Source: a virus
Virus record (IMG/VR): IMGVR_UViG_3300017447_000003
Span: 1-42,828 of that record
Length of the DNA: 42,828 bases
Reading direction: 5' to 3' (one strand)
Shown: in pieces, positions 1-9,220 of the stretch
How the letters are laid out: each line of letters begins with the position of its first letter
Numbering within the stretch: the first letter of the stretch is position 1
Position numbers and translations under genes: made by a program
Notes under the pieces: generated by a model
The model's input: the letters and a program-made list of their open reading frames with translations, nothing else
Database searches by the model: none
What the model was told of the DNA's origin: nothing

Positions 1-123
1 ACGGCCCTCGCAGCCCTCGCCGCCGCGCTCGCGCCGCATATCGCCACCGAACTGGCCAAGCTGAATTCGACCGGTGGCGGCGTACAGACGCAGCAGGGCG
101 GCGGCTTCGGCGCGGCGCAGAAC
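1..123. repeat. Terminal direct repeat, left copy (identical to 42706-42828); marks circular closure of the contig
   Basis: Read base by base, 1-123 equals 42706-42828. The repeat is bounded exactly by both window ends and lies inside an ORF, so the unit genome is 42,705 bp. Confidence 0.9.
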
Positions 124-510
124 AACGGCGCGCAGTTCGGCGGGCAGGCCGGTGGCCTCGTGAACCCGCAGGGTACGCAGCAGCAGCAGCAGGGCGGTAC
201 GATCCAGCAGGGCGGCGCGGCGCAGCAGAACATGTTCGGCGGCAATACGAACGGCCAGCAGACCGGCGGCGCAGCCGCGACCGTCACGCCCGACATGATC
301 CAGACGCTGATTACGCCGCTCGTGCAGAACGAACAGGTCAAGGCGGCCCTGACGGCGCAGATGCAGCAGATGGGTATCCAGAACCTGCCCGACGCCCGCC
401 CCGACCAGTTGACGGAACTGTACCAGCGGTTCCAGAACGTCGAACAGCAGGCACGCGCGGCCGGGCTGATCGGCGGCCAGCAGCAGGGCGGCGCGCCCTC
501 CATCATCTGA
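1..510 (+). CDS. Gln/Gly-rich low-complexity protein, 5'-truncated by the window start (the full gene runs 42688..42828 joined to 124..510, about 175 aa)
   Basis: Frame 1 is open from base 1 to TGA 508-510 and is in phase with ATG 42688 across the repeat. The track ORF 160..510 is only the C-terminal part. The N-terminal half is Q/G-rich with GFG, QFG and NMFG; the C-terminal half looks helical. No family recognised. Confidence 0.6.
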   Translation, partial: TALAALAAALAPHIATELAKLNSTGGGVQTQQGGGFGAAQNNGAQFGGQAGGLVNPQGTQQQQQGGTIQQGGAAQQNMFGGNTNGQQTGGAAATVTPDMIQTLITPLVQNEQVKAALTAQMQQMGIQNLPDARPDQLTELYQRFQNVEQQARAAGLIGGQQQGGAPSII

Positions 511-560
511 CCTACGTGGGGCGGCTCCGGTCGCCCCACTCATTTAAAGGACGTGGTTGC

Positions 561-815
561 ATGGGCCAACTTATTGGTATTCAGGGTAAGGTAGACGAAC
601 ACGTACAGCGTATGCTTGCGGAGGAAACGCAGCTACACGACCGTATCGAACGCCTGTCCCGCTTCATTGCTACGCCGCGCTTCGGGCAGTTGTCCGAAGT
701 CGAGCAATCGTTGATGGCTTCGCAGCTTTTCACGATGCAGGCGTACAGCGCCATTCTCGGTACGCGGCTACAGCTTGCCACCGCGACCGGGGTTACGATC
801 CCCGGCAAGCAATAA
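561..815 (+). CDS. Small helical (coiled-coil-like) hypothetical protein, 84 aa
   Basis: ATG 561 has AAGGA 9 nt upstream. The track start GTG 516 has no SD. A TTTAAA motif lies at 543. No family recognised. Confidence 0.55.
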   Translation: MGQLIGIQGKVDEHVQRMLAEETQLHDRIERLSRFIATPRFGQLSEVEQSLMASQLFTMQAYSAILGTRLQLATATGVTIPGKQ

Positions 816-828
816 GGGAGTACGGCAG

Positions 829-1380
829 TTGAGCAAACTCAATTCAACCGACGTGGAAAACCTGCTGTCCGACAGCAAGGCCCCGCGCATCACCGACAAG
901 CATATCGATAGCGTCATCAAGGGCGAGACGTTCGCGCACCGGTTGACGGGTACGCTCACCGTTTGCATACTGACGCTGGCAAATGGTTTCACCGTCGTCG
1001 GCAAGTCGGCTTGCGCTTCGCCGGAGAACTACAACGAGGACTTGGGCGAACACTACGCCCGCGAGGACGCCAAGCGCCAGATTTGGCCGCTTGAGGCGTA
1101 CTTGCTGCGCGAGAAGCTGGCGCTTGCCGATAGGGCGGTTGTTCCCCCTTCCGTATCGATGCAGCGGTATGTCGGGTCCAAGGTTGTCAACGCCCGGCCT
1201 ATGTCGCGTGGCGCGTATGTCAGCTTGCGCGGCTGGGAGTTGCCCGCAGATGAAAACGCCATGGACGATGGCTACCTGATCGAATATGCCGACCGGTTCG
1301 ATGAAAACGTACCGGGCTTCCTCGGTTATATTTCGTGGTCGCCTGCCGACGTTTTCGAACGTGCATACGGACGCATTTAA
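829..1380 (+). CDS. Phage_gp49_66-like protein (N4 Gp49 / Sf6 gp66 family), hypothetical function
   Basis: TTG 829 has GGGAG 8 nt upstream; the track start at 775 would overlap the previous gene. The segment TLTVCILTLANGFTVVGKSACASPENYNEDLGEHYAREDAKRQIWPLEAYLL matches my memory of the Gp49/66 signature. The gene ends in the ATT TAA ATG junction. Confidence 0.5.
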   Translation: MSKLNSTDVENLLSDSKAPRITDKHIDSVIKGETFAHRLTGTLTVCILTLANGFTVVGKSACASPENYNEDLGEHYAREDAKRQIWPLEAYLLREKLALADRAVVPPSVSMQRYVGSKVVNARPMSRGAYVSLRGWELPADENAMDDGYLIEYADRFDENVPGFLGYISWSPADVFERAYGRI

Positions 1381-1382
1381 AT
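1375..1382. repeat. ATTTAAAT octamer (dispersed motif family)
   Basis: Forms the stop(TAA 1378-1380)/start(ATG 1381) junction. Full 10-mer CATTTAAATG. Confidence 0.9.
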
Positions 1383-2607
1383 GCTGTCCACCACCGCCCT
1401 AACGCCTGTAGGCAAAGCCCACGCTAAGACGCGTCCGCCTTCAAGCGCGGGGCGGTGGATACCCTGTCCCGGTTCCGCCACCGTATCGCCGCTGTACCCT
1501 AATGAGAGTAGCAGCCATAGCGAAAAAGGCGACGCCGCGCACCTTCACCTAGAAGACGGAATAGTATTCGGCATACGCCCTAATACTCAAGACCCCGATA
1601 TGGATATGAATATCTATACCGTGCTGGATTGGGTAGACGCGCGCCGAAAGGAATATGGCGATTGCCAAGTATTCGCAGAACAGCGGTACAACATACCGGA
1701 AACCGGGGAATTTGGTACGTGCGATATCACGTTCGTTACCCCCGCCATGCTGCATATTGCCGATTATAAGAACGGCTTTGTACTTACCGACGCAGTTGAA
1801 CAGACGATGACGTACCTGCTAGGCGCTATCGCCAAGTACGGTGAACGGCCGTCGTATCGCGTGACGGTAATACAGCCGAACCATAACCATATCGATGGCC
1901 CTATCCGTACCAGAGAGGTAACGAACGATGACGTATCCGCGTTTAGGCGGCAAGTCGAAATGGCAGTCGCTAGTACAGAGTTTCGAGCGGGAGCGCATTG
2001 CAAAAAGACGTACTGCGATCACCGGGGCAGTTGCATTACTTTCCTCGAATGGTGCCGCACTACGGGTGAAGACGCGTGGTACCCCCACGAAGTCAATGCT
2101 ATTGACGACAACGCGCTATCAGTCGCACTCGATCATGCCGACACCCTACACGGGGTACGCGACAGCTATCGAAAAGAGGCTATGCGACGTATTGCGCAGC
2201 ATGATCGACGCATCCCCGGATACAAGCTTGTCAAGTCGCGACAGCAACGCGACTTCGCTGGCGAGAGTGGCAGAGAGGCTTGCTATACCGCCCTACTAGC
2301 GATAGGGTACGGGCCGGACGACTTGTACGAGAAGAAACCTTTCAAGGTTGGTGCGCTTACTTTGCATGAACACACCGCCCTAACGGTCGCAGGTGTCGAA
2401 CGCATGGTTAAGCAAAAGTATAAGACGTTCGGCGCGGGCCGGTGGAAGAAAGTATGGGATGAACACTTCCGCCCCCACGTACGCGAGTTCTCCGGCTCCC
2501 TCACACTAGAGAGGGATACGGACGGGAGGCCGTCTCACACGCGCGGTAGTGAGTTTACGGCTTTGATTACCCCCGCGCATACTGCACAAGTTACACAAGT
2601 TTTATAA
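1381..2607 (+). CDS. PD-(D/E)XK nuclease, DUF2800 / Cas4-like (recombination or replication exonuclease)
   Basis: The N-terminal HAK..PSSAGRWIPCPGS is typical of DUF2800. It has IADYKNG (D/ExK) followed by EQTMTYLLG (QxxxY), and a C-terminal Cys cluster CKKTYCDHRGSC. It sits in the usual DUF2800-SSB-PolA arrangement. Confidence 0.75.
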   Translation: MLSTTALTPVGKAHAKTRPPSSAGRWIPCPGSATVSPLYPNESSSHSEKGDAAHLHLEDGIVFGIRPNTQDPDMDMNIYTVLDWVDARRKEYGDCQVFAEQRYNIPETGEFGTCDITFVTPAMLHIADYKNGFVLTDAVEQTMTYLLGAIAKYGERPSYRVTVIQPNHNHIDGPIRTREVTNDDVSAFRRQVEMAVASTEFRAGAHCKKTYCDHRGSCITFLEWCRTTGEDAWYPHEVNAIDDNALSVALDHADTLHGVRDSYRKEAMRRIAQHDRRIPGYKLVKSRQQRDFAGESGREACYTALLAIGYGPDDLYEKKPFKVGALTLHEHTALTVAGVERMVKQKYKTFGAGRWKKVWDEHFRPHVREFSGSLTLERDTDGRPSHTRGSEFTALITPAHTAQVTQVL

Positions 2608-2627
2608 GTTAGAAAGGTAGCCAAGTT

Positions 2628-3548
2628 ATGAAGCCGTATGCGAACAATGGCGGTAAGCCGATTTTCAATGAGGGCATTTCGCCCGTCGGTACCATCGTGC
2701 ATCTGTACCACGATAAGCCGCAACTCAAAACGTCCGACCAGTACGGCAAGGTGCCGGATATCGACCCGGATACGGGCGTTCAGAAGGCGGAGTACAAAGG
2801 TACTCTTGCATGGGACAAGTCGCGCGGTGGCGAATTGCAGGCCATGGTTGCGGACGCGCTCAAGACGCAAGAGGAAGGGTGGCCGGGCAGTTCTGCGCCG
2901 GGCGCGCACTTCGCGTTGCAGCCGTTTTTCCGCGACGGCGACAACCCGGAACATAATACGGAAAACCGCGACTACCTGCGCGGCAAGTACTATCTAAACT
3001 TCAAGAAAAAGGCCAAAATCGAAGCGCGCGATAAGTCGCTGCCGATTAGCCCACAGAACTACGTCTACACCGGCGCGCCGGGCTTGCTTGGCCCGTACGG
3101 GCCGGAAGACAAGATTATGTACGCGGATATCTGGCCCGGCTGCACCGGCCGTATCAGCTATACCATGTTCGCCACCGAATACATGGGTAAGCACTTTATC
3201 AGCGTGCGTATGCAGAACTTGCAGAAGTACGATGAAGGCAACGGCGTACGTATCGGCGGCGGCGGTACCCCGGCGGCGGAAAAACAGTTCGGCGCGCTCA
3301 TGCAGGGCCAGCCCCCGGCGCAGCAGCAGCAGAACATGTTCGGCATGGGCGCGGGTACGCCCCCGGCGCAGAACGGCGGCTTCAACTCGCCCGGTGCGGG
3401 TTCGCCACAGGGCCAGCAGAACCCTTTCGGGCTTGGGGGTGCTTCGCAACAGGGCAACATGTTTGCCCCTGCGCAGAACCCTTTCGGTGCCGCGCAGCCT
3501 GCCCCTACTAACAACCCGTTCGGCACCACGCCTAACCGCATCCTGTGA
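2628..3548 (+). CDS. ssDNA-binding protein (T7 gp2.5 / DUF2815-like) with a long Q/G/P-rich NxFG-repeat tail
   Basis: ATG 2628 has AAAGG upstream. The call rests on its position between the DUF2800 nuclease and PolA and on an N-terminal 230 aa globular domain resembling gp2.5-type SSBs. The C-terminal ~80 aa is low complexity with NMFG, NPFG, NMFA, NPFG, NPFG. Confidence 0.55.
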   Translation: MKPYANNGGKPIFNEGISPVGTIVHLYHDKPQLKTSDQYGKVPDIDPDTGVQKAEYKGTLAWDKSRGGELQAMVADALKTQEEGWPGSSAPGAHFALQPFFRDGDNPEHNTENRDYLRGKYYLNFKKKAKIEARDKSLPISPQNYVYTGAPGLLGPYGPEDKIMYADIWPGCTGRISYTMFATEYMGKHFISVRMQNLQKYDEGNGVRIGGGGTPAAEKQFGALMQGQPPAQQQQNMFGMGAGTPPAQNGGFNSPGAGSPQGQQNPFGLGGASQQGNMFAPAQNPFGAAQPAPTNNPFGTTPNRIL

Positions 3549-3604
3549 AGGGTAGGGCCGGGGTACCCCTCAAGTACCCCACTTCGCGAAGTACAATGGA
3601 GTGC

Positions 3605-3612
3605 ATTTAAAT
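3605..3612. repeat. ATTTAAAT octamer (dispersed motif family)
   Basis: Overlaps ATG 3611. Full 10-mer CATTTAAATG. Confidence 0.9.
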
Positions 3613-3913
3613 GGCAGACGTAAACGAACAGATCGCGCAGATCAAAGCCAACTCGCGTACGTTCATGTCCACCACGGCGCGGCAGGTTCTCGGCGGCTAC
3701 GTCGTCAACGGGCAGACGCAGTACATGGACAAGTCCACCGGCGGCGTGGTGCTGTCCGAGAACGCGGAAGGCGTCGCGCATACGGCGGAAGACGCCGCGC
3801 AGATGGGCCTCAACTTCCTGCGTTCGGGCAATTTCGACGGCAATATGCCCGCGCCCGCTCCGGCGGCCGATACCGGTCAGCAGAACATGTTCGGCAACCC
3901 GGCGACCATCTGA
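3611..3913 (+). CDS. Hypothetical protein, 100 aa, ending in QQNMFGNPATI
   Basis: The start reads GGAG-TGCATTTAA-ATG. It carries the same CAGCAGAACATGTTCGGC 18-mer as the two genes listed above. Confidence 0.6.
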   Translation: MADVNEQIAQIKANSRTFMSTTARQVLGGYVVNGQTQYMDKSTGGVVLSENAEGVAHTAEDAAQMGLNFLRSGNFDGNMPAPAPAADTGQQNMFGNPATI

Positions 3914-3914
3914 C

Positions 3915-6167
3915 ATGATTACCCTTGCCGCCCCTAGTATCGGCCACAACGGCGGGCCGTCGCTACATGGCGGCAAGGCACCGCGCATACACGTTGACTT
4001 CGAGTCGCGTTCCATCGTGAACATACGGCTTGGTGCTGACGTGTATGCGCGGCACTTTTCTACGTCACCTACTATGCTGTCTATCGTCGCCCCTCATGTA
4101 GGCGTGGCGTACGTTGAAGACTTTCTACTAGGTACCCCCGGATACCAGCGGAGTATTTACCCTTTCGCGAAACCCGGCGACTTGAATTTCCGCATGATTA
4201 AGCCCGCCTGCCCGCCTGTGATCCTACAAGCGATCCGCGAAGGGTGGACTTTTGTTGCGCATAACGCCCGCTTTGAACAAACGCTGTGGTATCATATTTG
4301 CCATATGCTGTGGGGCTGGCCAATGCCTTTAAATTGGTCCTGTACCGCTGCGCGTTCCCGGTATTGGGGTATCCGTGCGAGCCTTGAGGGTTCCGGTAGC
4401 GACTTGGAAATAGTATTCCAGAAGGACGAAAACGGCAAACAGTTTATCAATGACTTCTGCAAGCCGCGTAAGTGGAAGGGCGCGCAGAAACTAGGCGTCA
4501 TCAAAGAACTGTGGTACGAGCCGCAAGATAACCCGGAAGGGTGGCAACGCGGCTTGCGGTACTGTCTTACCGACAGCTACGCGGAAAAGGAAATTGACGA
4601 TATCTTGCCCGACTTGCCAGAGTTGGAACAACGGATATGGGATTTGGACTTCAAGATTAACGTACGCGGGTTGCCTATTGACCTACAGTCCGTTAACCGC
4701 GCTATCCAGTTCTCCGAACATTATACGGCCGTCAACTTCAAGCGGTTTGACGAGATTACCAGCCTGCGCCCGACGCAGCGCCAGAAGGTACTAGAGTACT
4801 TGCAGCAGCGCGAGGAAATAGACGAAATAGGCGACATGAAAAGCAAGACGATCAAACGTCTTGTTATGGACGACTTCCCGCCCGACTTGCGCGAAGTAAT
4901 TACTATCCAGCAGGAAAGTAGCAAGGCGTCCGTTAAGAAACTGTACCGCATGGAAGAATGTACGGATGACGACGGGCGCGCCCGTGGTGGCCATCTGTAC
5001 TACGGCGCGCATACCGGCCGCTGGTCGCACAAGCGTATCCAGACAGGCAACATGACGCGGCCGGACGCCAGCAAGCCGCAAGAGTACATGTTTGACTTTC
5101 TCGCGCACCCTGCGTGGCAGGAAGACGGCCCTAAAGTCGATAGCGCCAGCGTGGCGGGGCTTACGCATGAAATGCCGTATCAACCGGCATGGGTGCGGGA
5201 AGCGGGCGTACGCTTTATCCGGCCGCTCGGTTACTTGTCTACGTCTATGCGTGGTTTCATCAAACCGGAGCCGGGTAAAAAGCTAGTCGTTGGTGACTAT
5301 GCGCAAATCGAAGCCCGCGTACTTACGTGGCTGGCGCGCTGTATGTGGTTGCTTGAAGCTTTCGCGCGCGGCGATGATACGTACACCCGGTTCGCAGCCG
5401 ATCATATGTATCCGCACGAAATGGGGGGCTATGAGAACTGCATACAGGTAGTAAACGGCAAGCATAAGGTACTAAAGATATGGGTACCGCATCGCCAGAA
5501 AGCGAAGTCAGCGCAGCTAGGTTGCGGCTTCCAAGTTGGCGCACGCGGCTTTATGATCTACGCGGATAATATCGACCTTACTATAAGTGAGGAGGAAGCT
5601 ACAGACATTGTCCGCAAGTACCGCGACGCGCACCCGGAGATCGCGGACCCCGCGCTAGGCTTGTGGACCCGGATGAATAAGGCGTCCATACTTGCTGTCA
5701 ATAATGAGGGCGAAGTAATTGGCCTTGCGAATACCGGCATAACGTTCCACGTACACCGGCTAGACGCGGTGCGCTATTGGCTGATTATGACGCTGCCAAG
5801 CGGACGCCACGTTGCGTACTACAGGCCGAAAGTGCGTCGGGGCGTCAAGTGGGGCCGCACGGTCGAGATACTTAGCTTCCGTACCGAGTGGAACGGTAAA
5901 TCTTACCGGGAAGATACGTACGGCGGCAAACAGACCGAGAACGCAGTACAGGCCATCGCGCGTGACGTTTGCGGCATAGGTGCTTTAAATGTAGAGGCCG
6001 CTGGGTATCCCGTCATCGGGCTAGTACATGACGAATGCATAACCGAAACCGATATCGACTTCGGATCGCCGGAAGAAATGTGTTCCGAAATGTGCCGCCT
6101 ACCCCCATGGATTACGGACTTGCCAGTCGAGGCCGAAGGCGGTACGATGATGCGGTACGGTAAGTAG
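3915..6167 (+). CDS. polA: Family A DNA polymerase with 3'-5' exonuclease domain
   Basis: Exo motifs: HVDFESRS, HNARFEQ, YCLTDSYAE. Pol motif A is DYAQIEARVL, motif B is RQKAKSAQLGCGFQVG, motif C is LVHDECITE. Confidence 0.9.
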   Translation: MITLAAPSIGHNGGPSLHGGKAPRIHVDFESRSIVNIRLGADVYARHFSTSPTMLSIVAPHVGVAYVEDFLLGTPGYQRSIYPFAKPGDLNFRMIKPACPPVILQAIREGWTFVAHNARFEQTLWYHICHMLWGWPMPLNWSCTAARSRYWGIRASLEGSGSDLEIVFQKDENGKQFINDFCKPRKWKGAQKLGVIKELWYEPQDNPEGWQRGLRYCLTDSYAEKEIDDILPDLPELEQRIWDLDFKINVRGLPIDLQSVNRAIQFSEHYTAVNFKRFDEITSLRPTQRQKVLEYLQQREEIDEIGDMKSKTIKRLVMDDFPPDLREVITIQQESSKASVKKLYRMEECTDDDGRARGGHLYYGAHTGRWSHKRIQTGNMTRPDASKPQEYMFDFLAHPAWQEDGPKVDSASVAGLTHEMPYQPAWVREAGVRFIRPLGYLSTSMRGFIKPEPGKKLVVGDYAQIEARVLTWLARCMWLLEAFARGDDTYTRFAADHMYPHEMGGYENCIQVVNGKHKVLKIWVPHRQKAKSAQLGCGFQVGARGFMIYADNIDLTISEEEATDIVRKYRDAHPEIADPALGLWTRMNKASILAVNNEGEVIGLANTGITFHVHRLDAVRYWLIMTLPSGRHVAYYRPKVRRGVKWGRTVEILSFRTEWNGKSYREDTYGGKQTENAVQAIARDVCGIGALNVEAAGYPVIGLVHDECITETDIDFGSPEEMCSEMCRLPPWITDLPVEAEGGTMMRYGK

Positions 6168-6180
6168 GAGGTTGCAAACC

Positions 6181-6615
6181 ATGGACATTGAACAGGGCGC
6201 TATGACGCTCGCCGGGAAGTCGTGCCTGATCGAAGTGGACGAGGATTACTGGCTATCCCTCCCCGACGACCGGCAAGTCTACTGCAAAGAGGTATGGACC
6301 GAGAAGGCCCGCCAGCAGCCCGATACGGCCCGCGTGGTGCTGCGTCTGATCCCCGACGCCCTTTTCCCCATGCACGGCCACGACAAGCCCTATATCGCGT
6401 GGCAGGCCGATATTGACCGGCCCCCGGAATGCGGCTTTACGGTCGATACCGTCGTAACGATCACCGTTAACACGGATAGTAAGTACGTAGACCCGGTTAT
6501 GCGCGCAGATATTTCCGGGCGGCTTGCTGGCGTACGCGTACAGGCTGTAACGTACGGGGCCACGTTCCGCATCGTGAATGCGCGCGGCGACGTAATCGAA
6601 CACGGCAGGCTGTAG
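6181..6615 (+). CDS. Hypothetical protein, 144 aa
   Basis: ATG 6181 lies 10 nt after GGAG (6167-6170). The track start TTG 6172 is too close to the SD. Confidence 0.55.
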   Translation: MDIEQGAMTLAGKSCLIEVDEDYWLSLPDDRQVYCKEVWTEKARQQPDTARVVLRLIPDALFPMHGHDKPYIAWQADIDRPPECGFTVDTVVTITVNTDSKYVDPVMRADISGRLAGVRVQAVTYGATFRIVNARGDVIEHGRL

Positions 6616-6812
6616 TGTTCAACCCGCTACTAGATACCGTCGTACGTGAACGTACATGGTACGATATAGCGGAGTGGTTACAGAACCATATTGAGTACGG
6701 CGTTAGGCGCGGCAAGCCTGCATTTAAATGGCTTAACGTCCTAGACCTGATCGATAGCGAAGCTGCCGCGTATTGGCGCGGTGCGGCATGGGAGGTATAC
6801 CCGCGTGCTTGA
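6615..6812 (+). CDS. Hypothetical protein, 65 aa
   Basis: GTG start overlaps the upstream TAG (TAGTG). Contains an in-frame CATTTAAATG (A-F-K-W). Confidence 0.45.
   Translation: MFNPLLDTVVRERTWYDIAEWLQNHIEYGVRRGKPAFKWLNVLDLIDSEAAAYWRGAAWEVYPRA
6722..6729. repeat. ATTTAAAT octamer (dispersed motif family)
   Basis: Inside ORF 6615..6812, read as GCA TTT AAA TGG. Full 10-mer CATTTAAATG. Confidence 0.9.
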
Positions 6813-7197
6813 GAGTGTAGTAGAGGGCAAGCTTAAGCGGCTTGAGGGCTTCGGGTTTAAGTCGCTCAAGCTGCGTACGCCGGGGTACAACGGTACCAAA
6901 GACCGGCTTATACTGTGGCCTACTTGGTCGCCCGGCCCGCGTGGCCCTGTCATGGTCGAGTGCAAGGCCCCCGGTAAGCACGAACGTGCGCTGCAAGAGG
7001 CCGTACGCAAAGACTGGATAGCGCGCGGTTGCGACGTACGCGAAATGGTGGATACGCCCGCCAAGGTAGATGCTCTTTGCGGCGCGCTGCTGATAGAGGC
7101 TGTAGACCGCTTACCGCTGTTCGAACGCCCTGCGCTGCCCGTTCATATTCAAAACGCGTACTTCGCGGCTGTCAACAGTTTGGTTGTATCTGCATGA
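6805..7197 (+). CDS. VRR-NUC domain nuclease
   Basis: GTG 6805 has GGGAGG 9 nt upstream. The segment GTKDRLILWP....VMVECKAPGKHERALQEAVRKDWIARG fits the VRR-NUC PD-(D/E)XK core (D...ExK...Q). Confidence 0.7.
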   Translation: MLESVVEGKLKRLEGFGFKSLKLRTPGYNGTKDRLILWPTWSPGPRGPVMVECKAPGKHERALQEAVRKDWIARGCDVREMVDTPAKVDALCGALLIEAVDRLPLFERPALPVHIQNAYFAAVNSLVVSA

Positions 7198-8891
7198 TTA
7201 CTCTAGCCGCCGCGCCGTTGCTTGATTACATTTCGCCGGGGTACCACCTGACAAAGGGGTACACGATGCGGAAGTATCAAGTGCGTGCGGCGCAAAAGAT
7301 ATTTGAAGGAACCCCGACCCGTGACATACAAACAGGCTTATATATTGGCCCTGAACGCGATGGTACTAATGTTCATATCGATATGGGCTTGGGTAAGACC
7401 ATCATTGGACTCACTGCTATTGCTGATTGGTACCGGTGGGGTGTATGTAGCCGCCCCACTCTTGTACTGGCACCAATCAAAGTATGCGAGACTGTATGGC
7501 GACAAGAGGCTGCGCAGTGGTCACACACTAATCATCTGCGTATCGGCCATTTGCTTGGTAACGAGCGTGATCGCGCATTCACTCTAGCGCGGGCGTACAA
7601 CGAGCAAACAGGCGTACGCGGGTATGATATCATACTTTGCAACCCCGAGAAGCTAAAGTGGTTGATGCGCTACCTGCGCGACAATTGGGGGTTTTTCGAC
7701 GCGCTGGTAATCGATGACGTGGGCCTGAAAGACCCGAAGTCCGGCCAGTTCAAGATTATTACCAACTACGGCAAGCACGTTGCCAAGGTGGACCCGTTCA
7801 CCGGTAAAGCTGCTGTGCCGCGCGAGTACCTAGACGTACCGCCGCACCGCTTTAAACGTGCTGCCAAGTTGACCGGTACGCCAAGTACTTCCGGCCTGCA
7901 CAACCTGTGGGCGCCGAACTACATCATGGATCATGGGGCGCGGCTCATGTCCAATCATGCCAGCTTTGAAGGGCGGTTCTTCCACAAAGGCCACCAAGTA
8001 GCGGAGCATGTCACCAAGCTAGAACTAAACGCAGAGGAAGGGGAGAGTAGGCCCGCGTACATCGCACGCGAGGGCGCACCCGAACGTATGCACGAGTTGA
8101 TAGCGGACATTACTATCGAACTTAACGCGGAAGACTACGGCGTACTACCAAAGGTGCTAGGTGACGCCAGCAAAGGCAACCTAGACGTTACTACGCCCAC
8201 GCACGTACATCGCGTAGAACTACCCGGCGAACTGCGCGCAAAGTACGACGTGCTAGAGCGCGACGCCATCATAGAATTGTCGGGCAATACGGCTATGGCG
8301 CAGAACGGCGGCGCAAAGTCCATGATGTGCTGGCAAATAGCTAACGGCGCAATGTACGTGCAAGACGCGTTCGGTGTAAATGAAGCGCAGCCGCTCCACG
8401 ACGCCAAGCTAGATAAGATGGTAGAACTGATCGACCGTATCAATTCCACCGTTATCATTCCGTACTACTTTCAGCACGACTACGCCCGCATCGTTGCGCG
8501 GCTCGAAAAGGAACAAATGGCGTGGGCGTCATTAAAGGGCCGGAATACGGAACGCATCGTAAATCAATGGAACGAGGGGCGTATTCCTGTACTGTTGTTG
8601 CATCCGCAAAGCGCCGGGCATGGGTTGAACTTGCAATTTGGGGGCCACCACTTCATTTGGTTTACCCTCCTTTGGTCGCTAGAGCGGTACTTACAGACCC
8701 TTGCGCGGCTCGCGAGGTCGGGACAAGTTGGCGTGGTGCAGAACCACCATATCGTTACCTCGCGAACGACCGATGAACTTATGCTGGCCAACCTGCGCCA
8801 GAACGGCGACGATCAAAGCCGTTTCCGCGCAGCATTGCGCGAGTACCAGCGGTTGCGCGGTATCGACTACATTACGCAGGGGGCGTTATGA
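7194..8891 (+). CDS. SNF2/RAD54-family helicase
   Basis: ATG 7194 overlaps the upstream stop (ATGA). Motif I is DMGLGKTIIGL, motif II region is DALVIDDVG, motif V is LLLHPQSAGHGLNLQ, motif VI is LARLARSGQ. Confidence 0.85.
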   Translation: MITLAAAPLLDYISPGYHLTKGYTMRKYQVRAAQKIFEGTPTRDIQTGLYIGPERDGTNVHIDMGLGKTIIGLTAIADWYRWGVCSRPTLVLAPIKVCETVWRQEAAQWSHTNHLRIGHLLGNERDRAFTLARAYNEQTGVRGYDIILCNPEKLKWLMRYLRDNWGFFDALVIDDVGLKDPKSGQFKIITNYGKHVAKVDPFTGKAAVPREYLDVPPHRFKRAAKLTGTPSTSGLHNLWAPNYIMDHGARLMSNHASFEGRFFHKGHQVAEHVTKLELNAEEGESRPAYIAREGAPERMHELIADITIELNAEDYGVLPKVLGDASKGNLDVTTPTHVHRVELPGELRAKYDVLERDAIIELSGNTAMAQNGGAKSMMCWQIANGAMYVQDAFGVNEAQPLHDAKLDKMVELIDRINSTVIIPYYFQHDYARIVARLEKEQMAWASLKGRNTERIVNQWNEGRIPVLLLHPQSAGHGLNLQFGGHHFIWFTLLWSLERYLQTLARLARSGQVGVVQNHHIVTSRTTDELMLANLRQNGDDQSRFRAALREYQRLRGIDYITQGAL

Positions 8892-9220
8892 GTTGGCTAA
8901 GTTTCGTCCAGTACGTCACGATGCGCGAAATGGGGCAATCGGACACTGTGCAGCGCAATTACGACGTAGGTAATTTAAATGGCTCTAAGCCGGGCGTAGT
9001 GTTAGACCGCGCGTATAAGCTTATGGGTTTCGATCAAGCTAATACGGCACGCCCGTTTGTACTACCTAGCATACGCGCGCATCTGTTTAACGTAGGCTTC
9101 AACGCCCCCGACGACGCAGCTTTACAGCTTCTAGTACGCGAGTGGTACAACTGGCACCGCATCCGATCCGGGGCGGTGGAGCGATGGCCCCGGATCGCGG
9201 TCTACAACCCCCTCCTATGA
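8888..9220 (+). CDS. Hypothetical protein, 110 aa (last gene of the plus-strand unit)
   Basis: ATGA overlap with the SNF2 stop. Followed directly by the terminator hairpin. Confidence 0.55.
   Translation: MSWLSFVQYVTMREMGQSDTVQRNYDVGNLNGSKPGVVLDRAYKLMGFDQANTARPFVLPSIRAHLFNVGFNAPDDAALQLLVREWYNWHRIRSGAVERWPRIAVYNPLL
8973..8980. repeat. ATTTAAAT octamer (dispersed motif family)
   Basis: Inside ORF 8888..9220, read as AAT TTA AAT (N-L-N). Confidence 0.9.

Noticed and set aside
1-123. The 123 bp terminal repeat as a genuine T7-like direct terminal repeat
   Set aside because: The repeat lies entirely inside a coding sequence that is only complete when the ends are joined, and it coincides exactly with the window borders. 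It is more likely a circular-assembly overlap or an arbitrary permutation point. It cannot be fully excluded without read-level data.
7285-7587. 100 aa hydrophobic, membrane-like ORF embedded out of frame in the 5' part of the SNF2 gene
   Set aside because: It overlaps the conserved helicase motif I region and has no SD. The local AT-richness explains the open frame. It is kept only as a remote possibility of an overprinted gene.
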